Assembly (NCBI GenBank): GCA_036149055.1
Contig: JAYZQJ010000228.1
Location: forward strand, 1-22,910
Direction of reading: 5' to 3'
DNA length: 22,910 bases
Source of the DNA: Myxococcota bacterium
Lineage (GTDB): Bacteria > Myxococcota_A > Polyangia > Polyangiales > Sandaracinaceae
In this document: one piece after another, positions 1 to 8,434 of the stretch
How the letters are laid out: each line of letters starts with the position of its first letter
Numbering within the stretch: position 1 is the first letter of the stretch
Program-made: the position numbers and the translations under genes
The notes under the pieces: model-generated
What the model saw: the letters and a program-made list of their open reading frames with translations, nothing else
The model's database searches: none
What the model was told of the DNA's origin: nothing

Positions 1-140
1 GAGCGAGGCCCCGGAGTGGGTGGGGGGGCCCCGCGGAGCAGGTACAGCGGCGCGTGCGTAGGGCGCGGATGCGCCCGGAGTCGCGTGCCGTTGTGCCGGC
101 GCAGCGGGGGGGCGGGGGCGGTCCCGCCCCTGCCCGGCAA
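1..140. repeat. Copy A of a dispersed structured repeat (REP/MITE-like or ncRNA-like), truncated by the window start
   Basis: Reverse complement of 1-140 aligns to 22656-22793 in two blocks (51/53 and 47/50 identical) flanking a variable core that keeps its base pairing. Lies 2 nt beyond the TGA of the cyclophilin gene. Confidence 0.9.
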
Positions 141-142
141 AC

Positions 143-1171
143 TCAGTGCCGGTGACCGTCGTGGGGACGGATCACGCGGGGGCGGCTCGGGGGGCCGAGG
201 CGGCCGTTCGGCATCGGGCTGGGCTCGCCGTACTGGTGCGGATCGAAGCGCTGACGCGGGTCCGAGCCGGGGGGGCGGCCGGCGCCGCGGGGCTCGGGCG
301 GAGGCTCGGGGCGCGTGGGCTGGGCCTGGGCCGCGCCGCCCTCGACGCGTCGGATCATGACCCGCTGGAGGTGGATCGGGGTCAGCGGGCGGTTGCCCTC
401 GTCGGGCGACTGGGGGACGCGCGCGATCTGGGAGATGACGTGCTGGGGGCGGCACTGGCCGAAGATGGTGTAGCCCTGACCGTCGAGCTGCGGGGCCGGT
501 CCGTCGGTGATGAAGAACTGCGCGCCGGCCGTGTTCTCGCCGTCGTGGTTGGCCATCGCGAGCTGACCGGCGCGATCGTGGGCGAGGGTGTCGTGCGGCT
601 CGTCGTCGATCGTGTAGCCGACCCCGCCGGTGCCGTCGCCGAGGTAGTCGCCGGTCTGGATGAGGTAGCCCGGGATCACGCGGTGAAAGGTCAGGCCGCG
701 GTAGTAGGGGCGCCGCACCCACTCACCGGCGCGCGCGTCCCACCAGGGGCGGAGGCCGCGGGCGAGGCCGATGAAGTTCGCCACCGTGTTCGGGGCGCGG
801 TCGGCGTGGAGGTCGCAGAGGAGGGTGCCGAACTCGGTGCCGATCTCGGCGATCAGGCTGCCGTCGATCGTCAGGCCGACGACGGCCTCCTCGAGCGTGA
901 ACTCACCGGCCTCGGGGTCGGGCTGGTTCGGCTCGCGGATGAGGTCGTCGTCGTCGGAGGCGGTCCCGCTCACGGACTCGCGGCCCCGGTCGTTCGGCCC
1001 GGCGAAGACGATCTGGGTTCCGTCGGGGGCGGTGCCGACGAGCGCCTCCTCCTGCTGAGCTTCGGTGCTCGCGGCGGCCTCTTCGCCGTCGCCGTCGCAG
1101 GCGACGCAGGCGAGGGCCAGGCTCGCGAGCAGCCAGGCGGCGCGGGTGGGGTAAAGCGTGGTCACGTTCAT
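143..1171 (-). CDS. Cyclophilin-type peptidyl-prolyl cis-trans isomerase, predicted lipoprotein, with Pro-rich C-terminal tail
   Basis: Motifs APNTVANFIGLA, FHRVIPGYLIQTGD, GQLAMAN, QFFIT, YTIFG. N-terminal hydrophobic segment ends in LACVAC (lipobox-like). ATGA overlap with the upstream gene at 1168-1171. Confidence 0.92.
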   Translation of the reverse strand: MNVTTLYPTRAAWLLASLALACVACDGDGEEAAASTEAQQEEALVGTAPDGTQIVFAGPNDRGRESVSGTASDDDDLIREPNQPDPEAGEFTLEEAVVGLTIDGSLIAEIGTEFGTLLCDLHADRAPNTVANFIGLARGLRPWWDARAGEWVRRPYYRGLTFHRVIPGYLIQTGDYLGDGTGGVGYTIDDEPHDTLAHDRAGQLAMANHDGENTAGAQFFITDGPAPQLDGQGYTIFGQCRPQHVISQIARVPQSPDEGNRPLTPIHLQRVMIRRVEGGAAQAQPTRPEPPPEPRGAGRPPGSDPRQRFDPHQYGEPSPMPNGRLGPPSRPRVIRPHDGHRH

Positions 1172-1665
1172 TCCTCCGGGAGACCGGTGAAGCGCACGGG
1201 GGTGCCCGTGGTGATTCCGTGCGCGCGGGCGAACCCGGCGTGCACTTCCAAGACGTATCGCGCGGGGGCGTCGACCGCTCGCGCGTCATCGGTGAGGGGG
1301 GTGGCGTCTTCGCTGATCCCGACGACGCGACGGTCGGCGCCGATGAACAGGATGTCGAGAGGGATGAAAGTATTCCGCATCCAGAAGGACTGCGGCTCGG
1401 CGTGGGGGAAGACGAAGAGCATGCCGGCGTCTCGAGGCATGTGACGCCGGAACATCAGCCCACGTTGGCGCGCTGCGGGCGTGTCCGCCACCTCCACCCG
1501 CACCTCGACCGGTGGGGCGTCGTCGGGCGCGAGCAGCACCCGGACGCTCGGCGCGGGCTCGGACACGGGCGGGAGCGGGGCGCGGGGCGCCGGCGCGGCG
1601 GCCGCGGGAGGGGCGCTCCCGCAGCCGATCAGCGCGATCCCGAGGAGGGCGCGCGTCCACGTCAG
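1168..1665 (-). CDS. DUF192 family protein, predicted lipoprotein (probable CTG start)
   Basis: C-terminal part of ORF 1168..2424 has VEVADTPAARQRGLMFR, GMLFVF, FWMRNTFIPLDILFI and YVLEVHAG. Signal peptide (L)TWTRALLGIALIGC begins at CTG 1665, overlapping the upstream TGA, with GGAGGAG 8 nt upstream. The rest of the ORF is a shadow of the upstream gene. Confidence 0.85.
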   Translation of the reverse strand: MTWTRALLGIALIGCGSAPPAAAAPAPRAPLPPVSEPAPSVRVLLAPDDAPPVEVRVEVADTPAARQRGLMFRRHMPRDAGMLFVFPHAEPQSFWMRNTFIPLDILFIGADRRVVGISEDATPLTDDARAVDAPARYVLEVHAGFARAHGITTGTPVRFTGLPEE

Positions 1666-4445
1666 CGGCGCGGCTCCTCCTCCTCTTCCTCTTCTTCCTC
1701 GTCCTCTTCGGACGCCGCCGCCGCCCACCAGGGGGTGCCGCCGCCGCCGGCCTGTCCCTGCTGACCCTCCTGGGCCCCGGTCTCCTGACCCTGCTGCGGC
1801 TGCTGACCCTGCTGGCCCTGACCCTGCTGGGCGGTCTGCTGACCCTGCTGACCCTGACCCTGCTGGGCGGTCTGCTGACCCTGCTGGCCCTGACCCTGCT
1901 GGCCCTGACCCTGCTGGGCGGTCTGCTGACCCTGCTGGGCGCTGGCCTGCTCCGGCTGCTGCCCGTTCTGGGCCGCCTGGTCGGGATCGTTGCAGTTCGG
2001 CAGGCCCGGCGGGCACTCGATCGTCTCCACCGCGAGGACCGGCTCGGGCTCCTCGGCCGGCGGCTCGCGCTCGGTCCACCAGGGCTCCACGTCCGCCGGG
2101 ACCGCGCTGGCGACCCCACGGAGCTCCGCCCGGCGCTGGCTCCAGGCCCACCACGGCGCGTCCTCCGGGAGCGGCTGGACCGCGGGCTGGCCCCCCTCGA
2201 CCTCCTCGACGCCGCCGCGGATCGACACGACGAAGTTGGCGCGCATCCGGCGCTGGCGGAACCGCGGGAACTCGATCGCCGCGACCTGACCGCGCATGCA
2301 CTCGACGAGCTCCTCGGAGTTCGGCGCCACCGTGAGATCGCTGGCCTGACCGTCGCTCGAGAGGATGAACACGAGCCGCACCTGGTTGAGGCGGGGGTTG
2401 CGCTCCAGCTCGCCGGCGACGCACTCGCGCACCGCGTCGGCGTTGTTCGCGAAGGTCGCGTTGATCTGCTCCTGGCTCAGACGCCGGGGGAGGTTGGCCT
2501 CCGCCTCCGCGGCGGCCTCGGCGAGGGCGCGCTGCGCGGCCTCCTCCTCCTCGCGCTGACGACGGGCCTCGGCCTCCGCCTCGGCCTGGTAGAGCCCCTG
2601 GATGTGGCTCGCGATCGGCTCGTGGGTGCGGGCGCTCTCGCCCGAGAGCGCGGTGAGGAGCTCGCGCCCCTCGACGCCGCCGTGCTCGAAGATGCCGGCC
2701 GCCGCGAAGGCGAGCGCCCGGGCCTCCGGATCGGCGCGCACCGGCTCGCCGCCCTCCTCCTCGGGCTCCTGGTCGGCGACCGGGCCCTGGAACTCGCTGT
2801 CGGCGCGGTAGAGGACGAGGAAGTTGCGGAGCGCGGGCACCGCCTCCTCGCCGCCGAGCCGCACCACCGCGCGCACCACGTCGGGCAGCACGCGGGCCGG
2901 CGTCTCGTGGTCCATCATGTGGGTGATGAGCTGGGGGACCGCCTCGGTGTGCTCCATCTCGAGCAGCGCCGGCACGATCGCCTCGAGCGGCGGCGCCTGG
3001 GTGTCCTCGAGGTAGTCGTAGCGACGGGCCAGCGCCTCCATGAGGTACTGCGCGCCCGAGCGACGGGTCCGGAGCGCCTCGCGGATGGCCTCCTTCAGGG
3101 CGCCCGGCATCGAGCGCTGCTGGTAGAGGTCGAGCAGATCACGCGTGATCTCCTCCTCCTCGATCGAGGCGAGCCGCTCGATGGCGTAGGCGCGGGCCGC
3201 CACGAGGCGGTTGTCCGGGTCGACGACCATCTCGTTGAGCGTCTGGCGCAGGGGGCGGACCTCACCGCTCTCTCCGCCCGGCTCGAAGCCGGCCGCGTCC
3301 AGCGCGACCGACGCGATCTGCAGCTCCGTGTCCTGGGTCCAGCGATCGTTGCCGGTGTCGCGATCGAGCAGGTGCATCTGCCCCTGCTCGCCGAAGGTCA
3401 GCAGCCCGTGGGGCATCGCCTCGGCGTTGACCACGTCCTGCTCGAGGATGCGGGTCCAGCGGAGGTTGCCCTCGAGGTCGTACGCGAAGACGTAGCGGTA
3501 GTAGGCGAAGTAGTAGGTGTCGCCCTCGATGTGGATCGTCTCGGGGCTGTCGGCCGGCGCCGGGTTGAAGTAGACCCGGATGCGGCCGCGCGCCGAGCGG
3601 GTGCCGGGCTTCGGCACGAAGCCGTCGGGCCACACCGACTCGGGCTGACGGGGCAGCTCGCCGAGCGGCGGCCGGATGTGCGTCGACTCGGCGCGGGTGC
3701 CGGTGACCGAGCGGTGGGTCAGCCGGTAGATGCCGCGGCCGCCGTAGTAGATGCCCGTCGGGTGATCGAACGCCCAGGCGATGACGTCGTCGGTGGAGCG
3801 GAGGCGCGCGATCTCGTCGCCGGTCAGCTCGTCGAGCACCGCGATGTTCTGCCGCTCCCAGGGCACGAACACGAGGCCGCCCTGCGCCGCCGGCTGCCCG
3901 AAGACGCCCTGCACCTCGTGGCGCCACTTCTCGGTGCCGGTGCGCGCGTCCATCGCGACCACGTGGCCGACGCGGCGGGCGCCGCCCAGGGCGCCGACGG
4001 TGGCCGACCAGTAGATGGTGTCGCCGTCGCGGGTCGCGCCGACGTAGGCGAGGTCGGGCAGCTCGTAGGCCCAGAGCTGGCGGCCGCTCTGCAGGTCGAA
4101 CGCGACGATGCGCTCGCGGGTGCTGGTGAGCACCACGTCGCCGAGGATCTCGGGGCGGGTGGCCGCGTCGACGGTGGCCGACCACATCTGCTCTCCGGAG
4201 TCGACCCGGAGCGCGATGATCTGCCGCTCGGCGTCGTCCTCGGAGTGGGTGGTCACCACCGCGATGGGCTGACCGAGCGCGTTCTCCGGCGCGTCGTCGT
4301 GCGACGCCTCCGGGAGCTGCTCGAGGATGGCGGCGAGCTGCGCCTCCTCGTTGTCGGCGAAGTGGTAGCTGAACGCGTTGCGGTACTGGGGACCGCACGC
4401 GACGGCGAGGAGGGCCGCGAGGGCCACGGTGATGGAGCGGTTCAC
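1662..4445 (-). CDS. Multidomain lipoprotein: PQQ-like beta-propeller, HEAT repeats, TonB-C-like (AgmX/PglI-type) domain, Gln/Gly-rich tail
   Basis: Lipobox LLAVAC. Repeated AxDxxxGxxxW motifs (AFDLQSGRQLW, AMDARTGTEKW, LLDRDTGNDRW). Helical repeats (LVAARAYAIERLA, LGGEEAVPAL). LSQEQINATF..VRECV..ELERNPRL..FILSSDGQ..ELVECM..IEFP near 2215-2485. Confidence 0.8.
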   Translation of the reverse strand: MNRSITVALAALLAVACGPQYRNAFSYHFADNEEAQLAAILEQLPEASHDDAPENALGQPIAVVTTHSEDDAERQIIALRVDSGEQMWSATVDAATRPEILGDVVLTSTRERIVAFDLQSGRQLWAYELPDLAYVGATRDGDTIYWSATVGALGGARRVGHVVAMDARTGTEKWRHEVQGVFGQPAAQGGLVFVPWERQNIAVLDELTGDEIARLRSTDDVIAWAFDHPTGIYYGGRGIYRLTHRSVTGTRAESTHIRPPLGELPRQPESVWPDGFVPKPGTRSARGRIRVYFNPAPADSPETIHIEGDTYYFAYYRYVFAYDLEGNLRWTRILEQDVVNAEAMPHGLLTFGEQGQMHLLDRDTGNDRWTQDTELQIASVALDAAGFEPGGESGEVRPLRQTLNEMVVDPDNRLVAARAYAIERLASIEEEEITRDLLDLYQQRSMPGALKEAIREALRTRRSGAQYLMEALARRYDYLEDTQAPPLEAIVPALLEMEHTEAVPQLITHMMDHETPARVLPDVVRAVVRLGGEEAVPALRNFLVLYRADSEFQGPVADQEPEEEGGEPVRADPEARALAFAAAGIFEHGGVEGRELLTALSGESARTHEPIASHIQGLYQAEAEAEARRQREEEEAAQRALAEAAAEAEANLPRRLSQEQINATFANNADAVRECVAGELERNPRLNQVRLVFILSSDGQASDLTVAPNSEELVECMRGQVAAIEFPRFRQRRMRANFVVSIRGGVEEVEGGQPAVQPLPEDAPWWAWSQRRAELRGVASAVPADVEPWWTEREPPAEEPEPVLAVETIECPPGLPNCNDPDQAAQNGQQPEQASAQQGQQTAQQGQGQQGQGQQGQQTAQQGQGQQGQQTAQQGQGQQGQQPQQGQETGAQEGQQGQAGGGGTPWWAAAASEEDEEEEEEEEEPRR
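1755..1940 (-). repeat. Coding tandem repeat (QQGQQTA / QQGQG units)
   Basis: gggcggtctgctgaccctgctg recurs at 1829, 1865 and 1916 (spacings 36 and 51 bp), interspersed with 15-bp QQGQG units. Confidence 0.9.
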
Positions 4446-5380
4446 TGTCCGTCCTCCGAGCTCTGCTCCGCGGCTTCGGCGCTGTCGGAGCTGACGACCC
4501 GCCCGCGCGCGCTGCCGGCGTGACCGGGGATGCGGCGCAGGGTGTCGATGACGTTCTGGCGGAGGCGGCTGCGGGAGGCGCGGCCGCGGGTGGGGAAGGT
4601 GTCGAGGTAGCGCTGCAGGAAGACGCGCACCATCGGGCCCGAGACCTCGCCGAGGCGGTTGACGATGTCCATCTTGACCTCGTCGTCGACGTCGCGGCGG
4701 CGGACCATCTCGGTGTAGCCCGAGAGCATCACCGAGAGGGGCACGTTGCCCAGGTAGCCGTTGAAGCGCTCGATATGCTGGCGGTTGCCCAGCTTGCCGA
4801 TCGCGATCGCCGCCTCGACCACGCCGCGGTCGAAGGCGAGGAAGAGGGTGTCGATCGAGCGGTCGGCGCCGATCTCGCCGAGCGCGCGGGCGGCCGAGGC
4901 CCGCACGTTGCGGTCGCTGTCGCGGAGCCCCTGCTCGAGCAGCGCGGGGCGCCGGCGGTCGTCGGTGGCGGCGATGGCGGCGTAGGCCAGCCGGCGGGCG
5001 CGGGCGCGGCGGTGGTGCGTGAACTCGGTCAGCACCTCGATCGCGCTCGGGTGCGCGAGGCCGCGCAGCGCCTGGAGCGCCCGGTCCGTCACCTCGTCCG
5101 AGCGGCCGGAGCGGAGCAGCTCCGCCAGGTGCGGCACCACGCTCGGGTGGTCGATGACGCTGAGCAGGTCGATCGCGGCCCGCACCTCGTCGGCGTCGGC
5201 CGAGCCGAGGCGTCCGGCGATCTCGTCGACGTCGCGCACGGTCGGCTGCGGGCCCGCGGGCTCCGCCTGTTCGTTTTCGGAGGTCTGACGGCGGCGGCGC
5301 TGCGCGTCCGCGTCGAGCGCGGGCGCGGAGAGCGCCAGCACGGTCGCCGTCACAATGGCGAGCTCGGAGAAGCGAGTCAT
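4442..5380 (-). CDS. Exported HEAT-repeat protein
   Basis: ATG 5380 gives MTRFSELAIVTATVLALSAPALDADA (signal peptide). HEAT-like repeats DEVRAAIDLL, LRDSDRNVRASAARALGEIG, EAAIAIGKLG. ATGA overlap with the downstream gene at 4442-4445. Confidence 0.85.
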   Translation of the reverse strand: MTRFSELAIVTATVLALSAPALDADAQRRRRQTSENEQAEPAGPQPTVRDVDEIAGRLGSADADEVRAAIDLLSVIDHPSVVPHLAELLRSGRSDEVTDRALQALRGLAHPSAIEVLTEFTHHRRARARRLAYAAIAATDDRRRPALLEQGLRDSDRNVRASAARALGEIGADRSIDTLFLAFDRGVVEAAIAIGKLGNRQHIERFNGYLGNVPLSVMLSGYTEMVRRRDVDDEVKMDIVNRLGEVSGPMVRVFLQRYLDTFPTRGRASRSRLRQNVIDTLRRIPGHAGSARGRVVSSDSAEAAEQSSEDGQ

Positions 5381-5585
5381 CGGGGTGGTTCCAGTCGCGT
5401 TGAATCGCTCGCGCCTGGCGGGGGAGGCCCCGAAACGGCTCGCGCGGGCGAAAAGTGCCTGAGTTTGGGCAGGAATCAGGCTCGGGGCAACAGTGCCACG
5501 TCGCGGGGGTGACGACTCGGCGATCCCGCCTGCGCCGTGAGTTCCCTCAGGACCCGTGCGCGTTTTCAGGAGCCGGGAACGGCGC

Positions 5586-8312
5586 ATGCTAGACCCGGGC
5601 CCCGTGGACCAGAGCCCGACGCTGTCCGGTGAGGGAGCCGCTCCGACCGAGCCGCCCGTGCGGCGGTGGCGGAGGCGCGTGCGCGCCGCCATCGCGCGCC
5701 GCCGACGCCTGCTGATCGCGCTGTGCGCGGTCCTGCTCGTCCTGGTGGCCATCCGGGCGACGTGGTCCGGCGCGAGCGCCGCCACCCTGGAGGAGGCGCT
5801 CGCCGAGGTGGCGCTTCGGAGCGAGGTGCGTGTCGACACGTCCACGGTGCTGTGGCTGGCTGAGGACGACGGGCCGCTCCACATGCGGCCCGCCTTGTTC
5901 TTGGGAAGACGCGCGGGGGACGCGAACGATCTCTACTACGCCGAGGTCCGCCCGGGCGGCGACGCGACCGCGCTCGACGTCGCCTGGCTGACCAACCTGA
6001 GCGAGACCGCGAGCGCCTCCGAGGAGCAGCTCACCCGCGTCGGCTCCCACCTCGTGTACGCGACCCGGGTGGGCGAGCGCTACGACGCGGTGGTGGTGGT
6101 CGACCTGCGCGGCGAGCCGGACGCGCTCACCGCCGACTGGCCGCTCCGCGCCCGGCTGCAGAACCGGGTGACCAACCTCCAGGAGACCGGCCGCACCGAG
6201 GGCTTCGGCGTCCGCCGCTACCAGCTCGCCGATCGGCCGCGGGCCCTGACGCTCACCGCCGAGGGCGGCCGCTTCGTGGCCACGATCGGCGACGAGCGCG
6301 TGCTGCTCGACCCCGACGCGCGCGACCCGCTCGAGGGCGCCGAGCTCGTCGAGGCGCAGCCGCAGACCAAGGGCACGCCCGGCACGATCGGCTGGGTCGT
6401 GGACACCGTCCGGAACCTGTCGTTCGTGGGCCCCGAGCCGATCGAGTGGCTCGAGAACCGGGTCTTCGCGGCCCGCGACAAGCTCACCCGGGCCTACTAC
6501 GCGGTCTTCGGGCAGCCGGACGCCGCCGAGACGATGGCCGAGGTCGCCGAGGACCTCGCGATGCCGGACACGGTCAGCGAGGAGCGCATGGCGATGCTCA
6601 CGGTGACCGATCCCGAGCTCGGCTGGCCGCCGGCCGCGCTCGAGCCGGTCATCACCGACCCGCCGATCGAGGGGGAGGGGCGCTGGATCCCCGTCGTCGA
6701 CGATCCCTTCGTCAACCAGTACCCGAACGCGCCGCCCGCCTTCTACCAGACCTTCCTGCGCACCGATCCCGAGCGCCCCTTCACCCGGGTCTACGTGACG
6801 ATCTGGGATCCGCGGCAGGTGCAGCTCCGGGTCCAGTCCGGGGTGCGCGAGCCGGAGAGCGCGACCGGCCGCCGCGGCACGGGCATGGTCCCGCGCGACG
6901 ATCGGCTCCGCTTCCTGGTGGGCGCGTTCAACGGCGGCTTCCAGGCGCTCCACGGCGAGTTCGGCATGATGGCGGAGGGTCGCGTCTACCTCCCGCCGAA
7001 GCCCTGGGCCGCGACCGTCGCGGTCTTCGAGGACGGGCGCGTGGGCATGGGCAGCTGGCCGGCGCCCGACTGGCGGGGCCGCTACTACGACGAGCGCCTC
7101 GCGAACCGGCAGATCCCCGAGGACATGGTCGAGTTCCGGCAGAACCTGACCAGCGTGGTCGAGGACGGCCAGTACAACCCCTGGGAGCGCTGGTACTGGG
7201 GGGCGGCGCCGCGCAACGCCGAGGAGCAGACGCTCACCACCCGCAGCGGGCTCTGCCTCACCGAGGACGGCTTCCTCGCCTACTACTGGAGCCAGGGCGT
7301 CGGCCCCGAGGCGCTCGGCGAGGCGATGCTCCGCAACCGCTGCGTGCGCTCGGTGCACCTGGACATGAACAGCGCCCACGCGGGCATGGAGCTGTTCCGG
7401 CCGATCCCGCCGGGCGAGGAGGTCGAGCCGCTCGCGCGTCGGCCGCGCAGCGACAGCGAGTACGAGGGCGCCTTCCCGCGCACGCCGGGGCGCTGGCGGC
7501 TCCGGGCGCGCCGGGCCGTGCGCTCGATGGGCATGCCGTTCCCGCGCTACTCCGACCGCGACGCGCGCGACTTCTTCTATCTGACCCTGCGCCCGGTGCT
7601 GCCGGGGCCGGATCTCGCGGAGGGGCAGGGCGCCTTCGATCCGGAGGGGCTGCCGCACGCCGGCTGGCCGCACGCCTTCGCCCGCGCCTCGGTGGGCGGG
7701 CGCGACGCGCGCACCTGGATGGTCCGGATCGATCCGCGCCGCGCGGTGCCGGCCCCGATCCGGCGCGAGGATCACACCCGGCCGCTCGCGCACCTGATCG
7801 GGGCGGCGTCGCTCGCCCGCGCGGACGCGAGCTTCGCGATCTACGGCCGCCGCCACCCGGTCGGCTGGGAGCTGGGGATCGGCGCCCCGAGCGAAGGCGA
7901 CACGGTCGTCGTCGCCGGGCCCCCGCTCGCCTCGATGCCGGACGCGGAGGCGGCGATCGGCCTCGATCGCGACGGCTTCCTCGTCTACGCCGAGCGGGCC
8001 GGCGATCCGGTCGGCCTCGGGCCCCGGCTCGCGCTCGCCGGCGTGGAGCAGGCGGTCGCGCTCCCGGTCGAGGCGCGGCTCGCGTTCCGGGTGGAGGGCG
8101 CGGACGCCGCCGTCGACGGATTCACCGAGCGCACGGTGGAGCCGGCCGCCGCGCTCGGCTTCTTCGCCGAGGAGCGCCCGGCCGCCGAGGTGATCTTCCC
8201 CGACAACGAGCCGCAGCCCTACCGCGTCTGGGGCTACTTGCAGGATCAGCGGGTCCGCTACTTCATGAACCACGACAACGAGGGCCCGCGCTTCACCCGT
8301 CCCGACGAGTGA
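5586..8312 (+). CDS. Membrane-anchored phosphodiester-glycosidase (NAGPA/DUF2233)-like protein
   Basis: Basic stretch plus TM helix (LLIALCAVLLVLVAI). Motifs AFNGGFQ, TTRSGLCLTEDG and VHLDMN resemble that family. Start uncertain (GTG 5556, ATG 5586, GTG 5603). Confidence 0.6.
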   Translation: MLDPGPVDQSPTLSGEGAAPTEPPVRRWRRRVRAAIARRRRLLIALCAVLLVLVAIRATWSGASAATLEEALAEVALRSEVRVDTSTVLWLAEDDGPLHMRPALFLGRRAGDANDLYYAEVRPGGDATALDVAWLTNLSETASASEEQLTRVGSHLVYATRVGERYDAVVVVDLRGEPDALTADWPLRARLQNRVTNLQETGRTEGFGVRRYQLADRPRALTLTAEGGRFVATIGDERVLLDPDARDPLEGAELVEAQPQTKGTPGTIGWVVDTVRNLSFVGPEPIEWLENRVFAARDKLTRAYYAVFGQPDAAETMAEVAEDLAMPDTVSEERMAMLTVTDPELGWPPAALEPVITDPPIEGEGRWIPVVDDPFVNQYPNAPPAFYQTFLRTDPERPFTRVYVTIWDPRQVQLRVQSGVREPESATGRRGTGMVPRDDRLRFLVGAFNGGFQALHGEFGMMAEGRVYLPPKPWAATVAVFEDGRVGMGSWPAPDWRGRYYDERLANRQIPEDMVEFRQNLTSVVEDGQYNPWERWYWGAAPRNAEEQTLTTRSGLCLTEDGFLAYYWSQGVGPEALGEAMLRNRCVRSVHLDMNSAHAGMELFRPIPPGEEVEPLARRPRSDSEYEGAFPRTPGRWRLRARRAVRSMGMPFPRYSDRDARDFFYLTLRPVLPGPDLAEGQGAFDPEGLPHAGWPHAFARASVGGRDARTWMVRIDPRRAVPAPIRREDHTRPLAHLIGAASLARADASFAIYGRRHPVGWELGIGAPSEGDTVVVAGPPLASMPDAEAAIGLDRDGFLVYAERAGDPVGLGPRLALAGVEQAVALPVEARLAFRVEGADAAVDGFTERTVEPAAALGFFAEERPAAEVIFPDNEPQPYRVWGYLQDQRVRYFMNHDNEGPRFTRPDE

Positions 8313-8324
8313 GCTGTGTCACAT

Positions 8325-8373
8325 GGCCGCGTACGGGGGCTTTAAGGCACCTCGCACTTGGCCGTACGCGGCC
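8325..8373. other. Inverted repeat (12-bp perfect stem, 25-nt loop) just after the 8312 stop
   Basis: ggccgcgtacgg (8325-8336) / ccgtacgcggcc (8362-8373). No U-tract. Confidence 0.6.
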
Positions 8374-8410
8374 GGATCCGGCATGATCTCGGACGGAAGG
8401 ACGGGCAGAA

Positions 8411-8434
8411 CCCAAGGCGACGTCATGCCTTGGG
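8411..8434. other. Inverted repeat (8-bp stem, 8-nt spacer)
   Basis: cccaaggc-gacgtcat-gccttggg. Confidence 0.5.

Noticed and set aside
16..360. ORF 16..360 and terminal ORFs 22165..22752, 22480..22743, 22548..22778
   Set aside because: They overlap real genes and the repeat element and show no protein-like features.
1755..1940. Regularly spaced repeats as a CRISPR array
   Set aside because: No unique spacers, periods are multiples of 3 within a CDS, and there are no cas genes.
5445..5525. GGCAC motifs and a gggggtgacga half-site in the divergent region upstream of the HEAT gene
   Set aside because: No GG-N10-GC spacing and no second half of the palindrome. Insufficient to call a PilR/sigma54 promoter.
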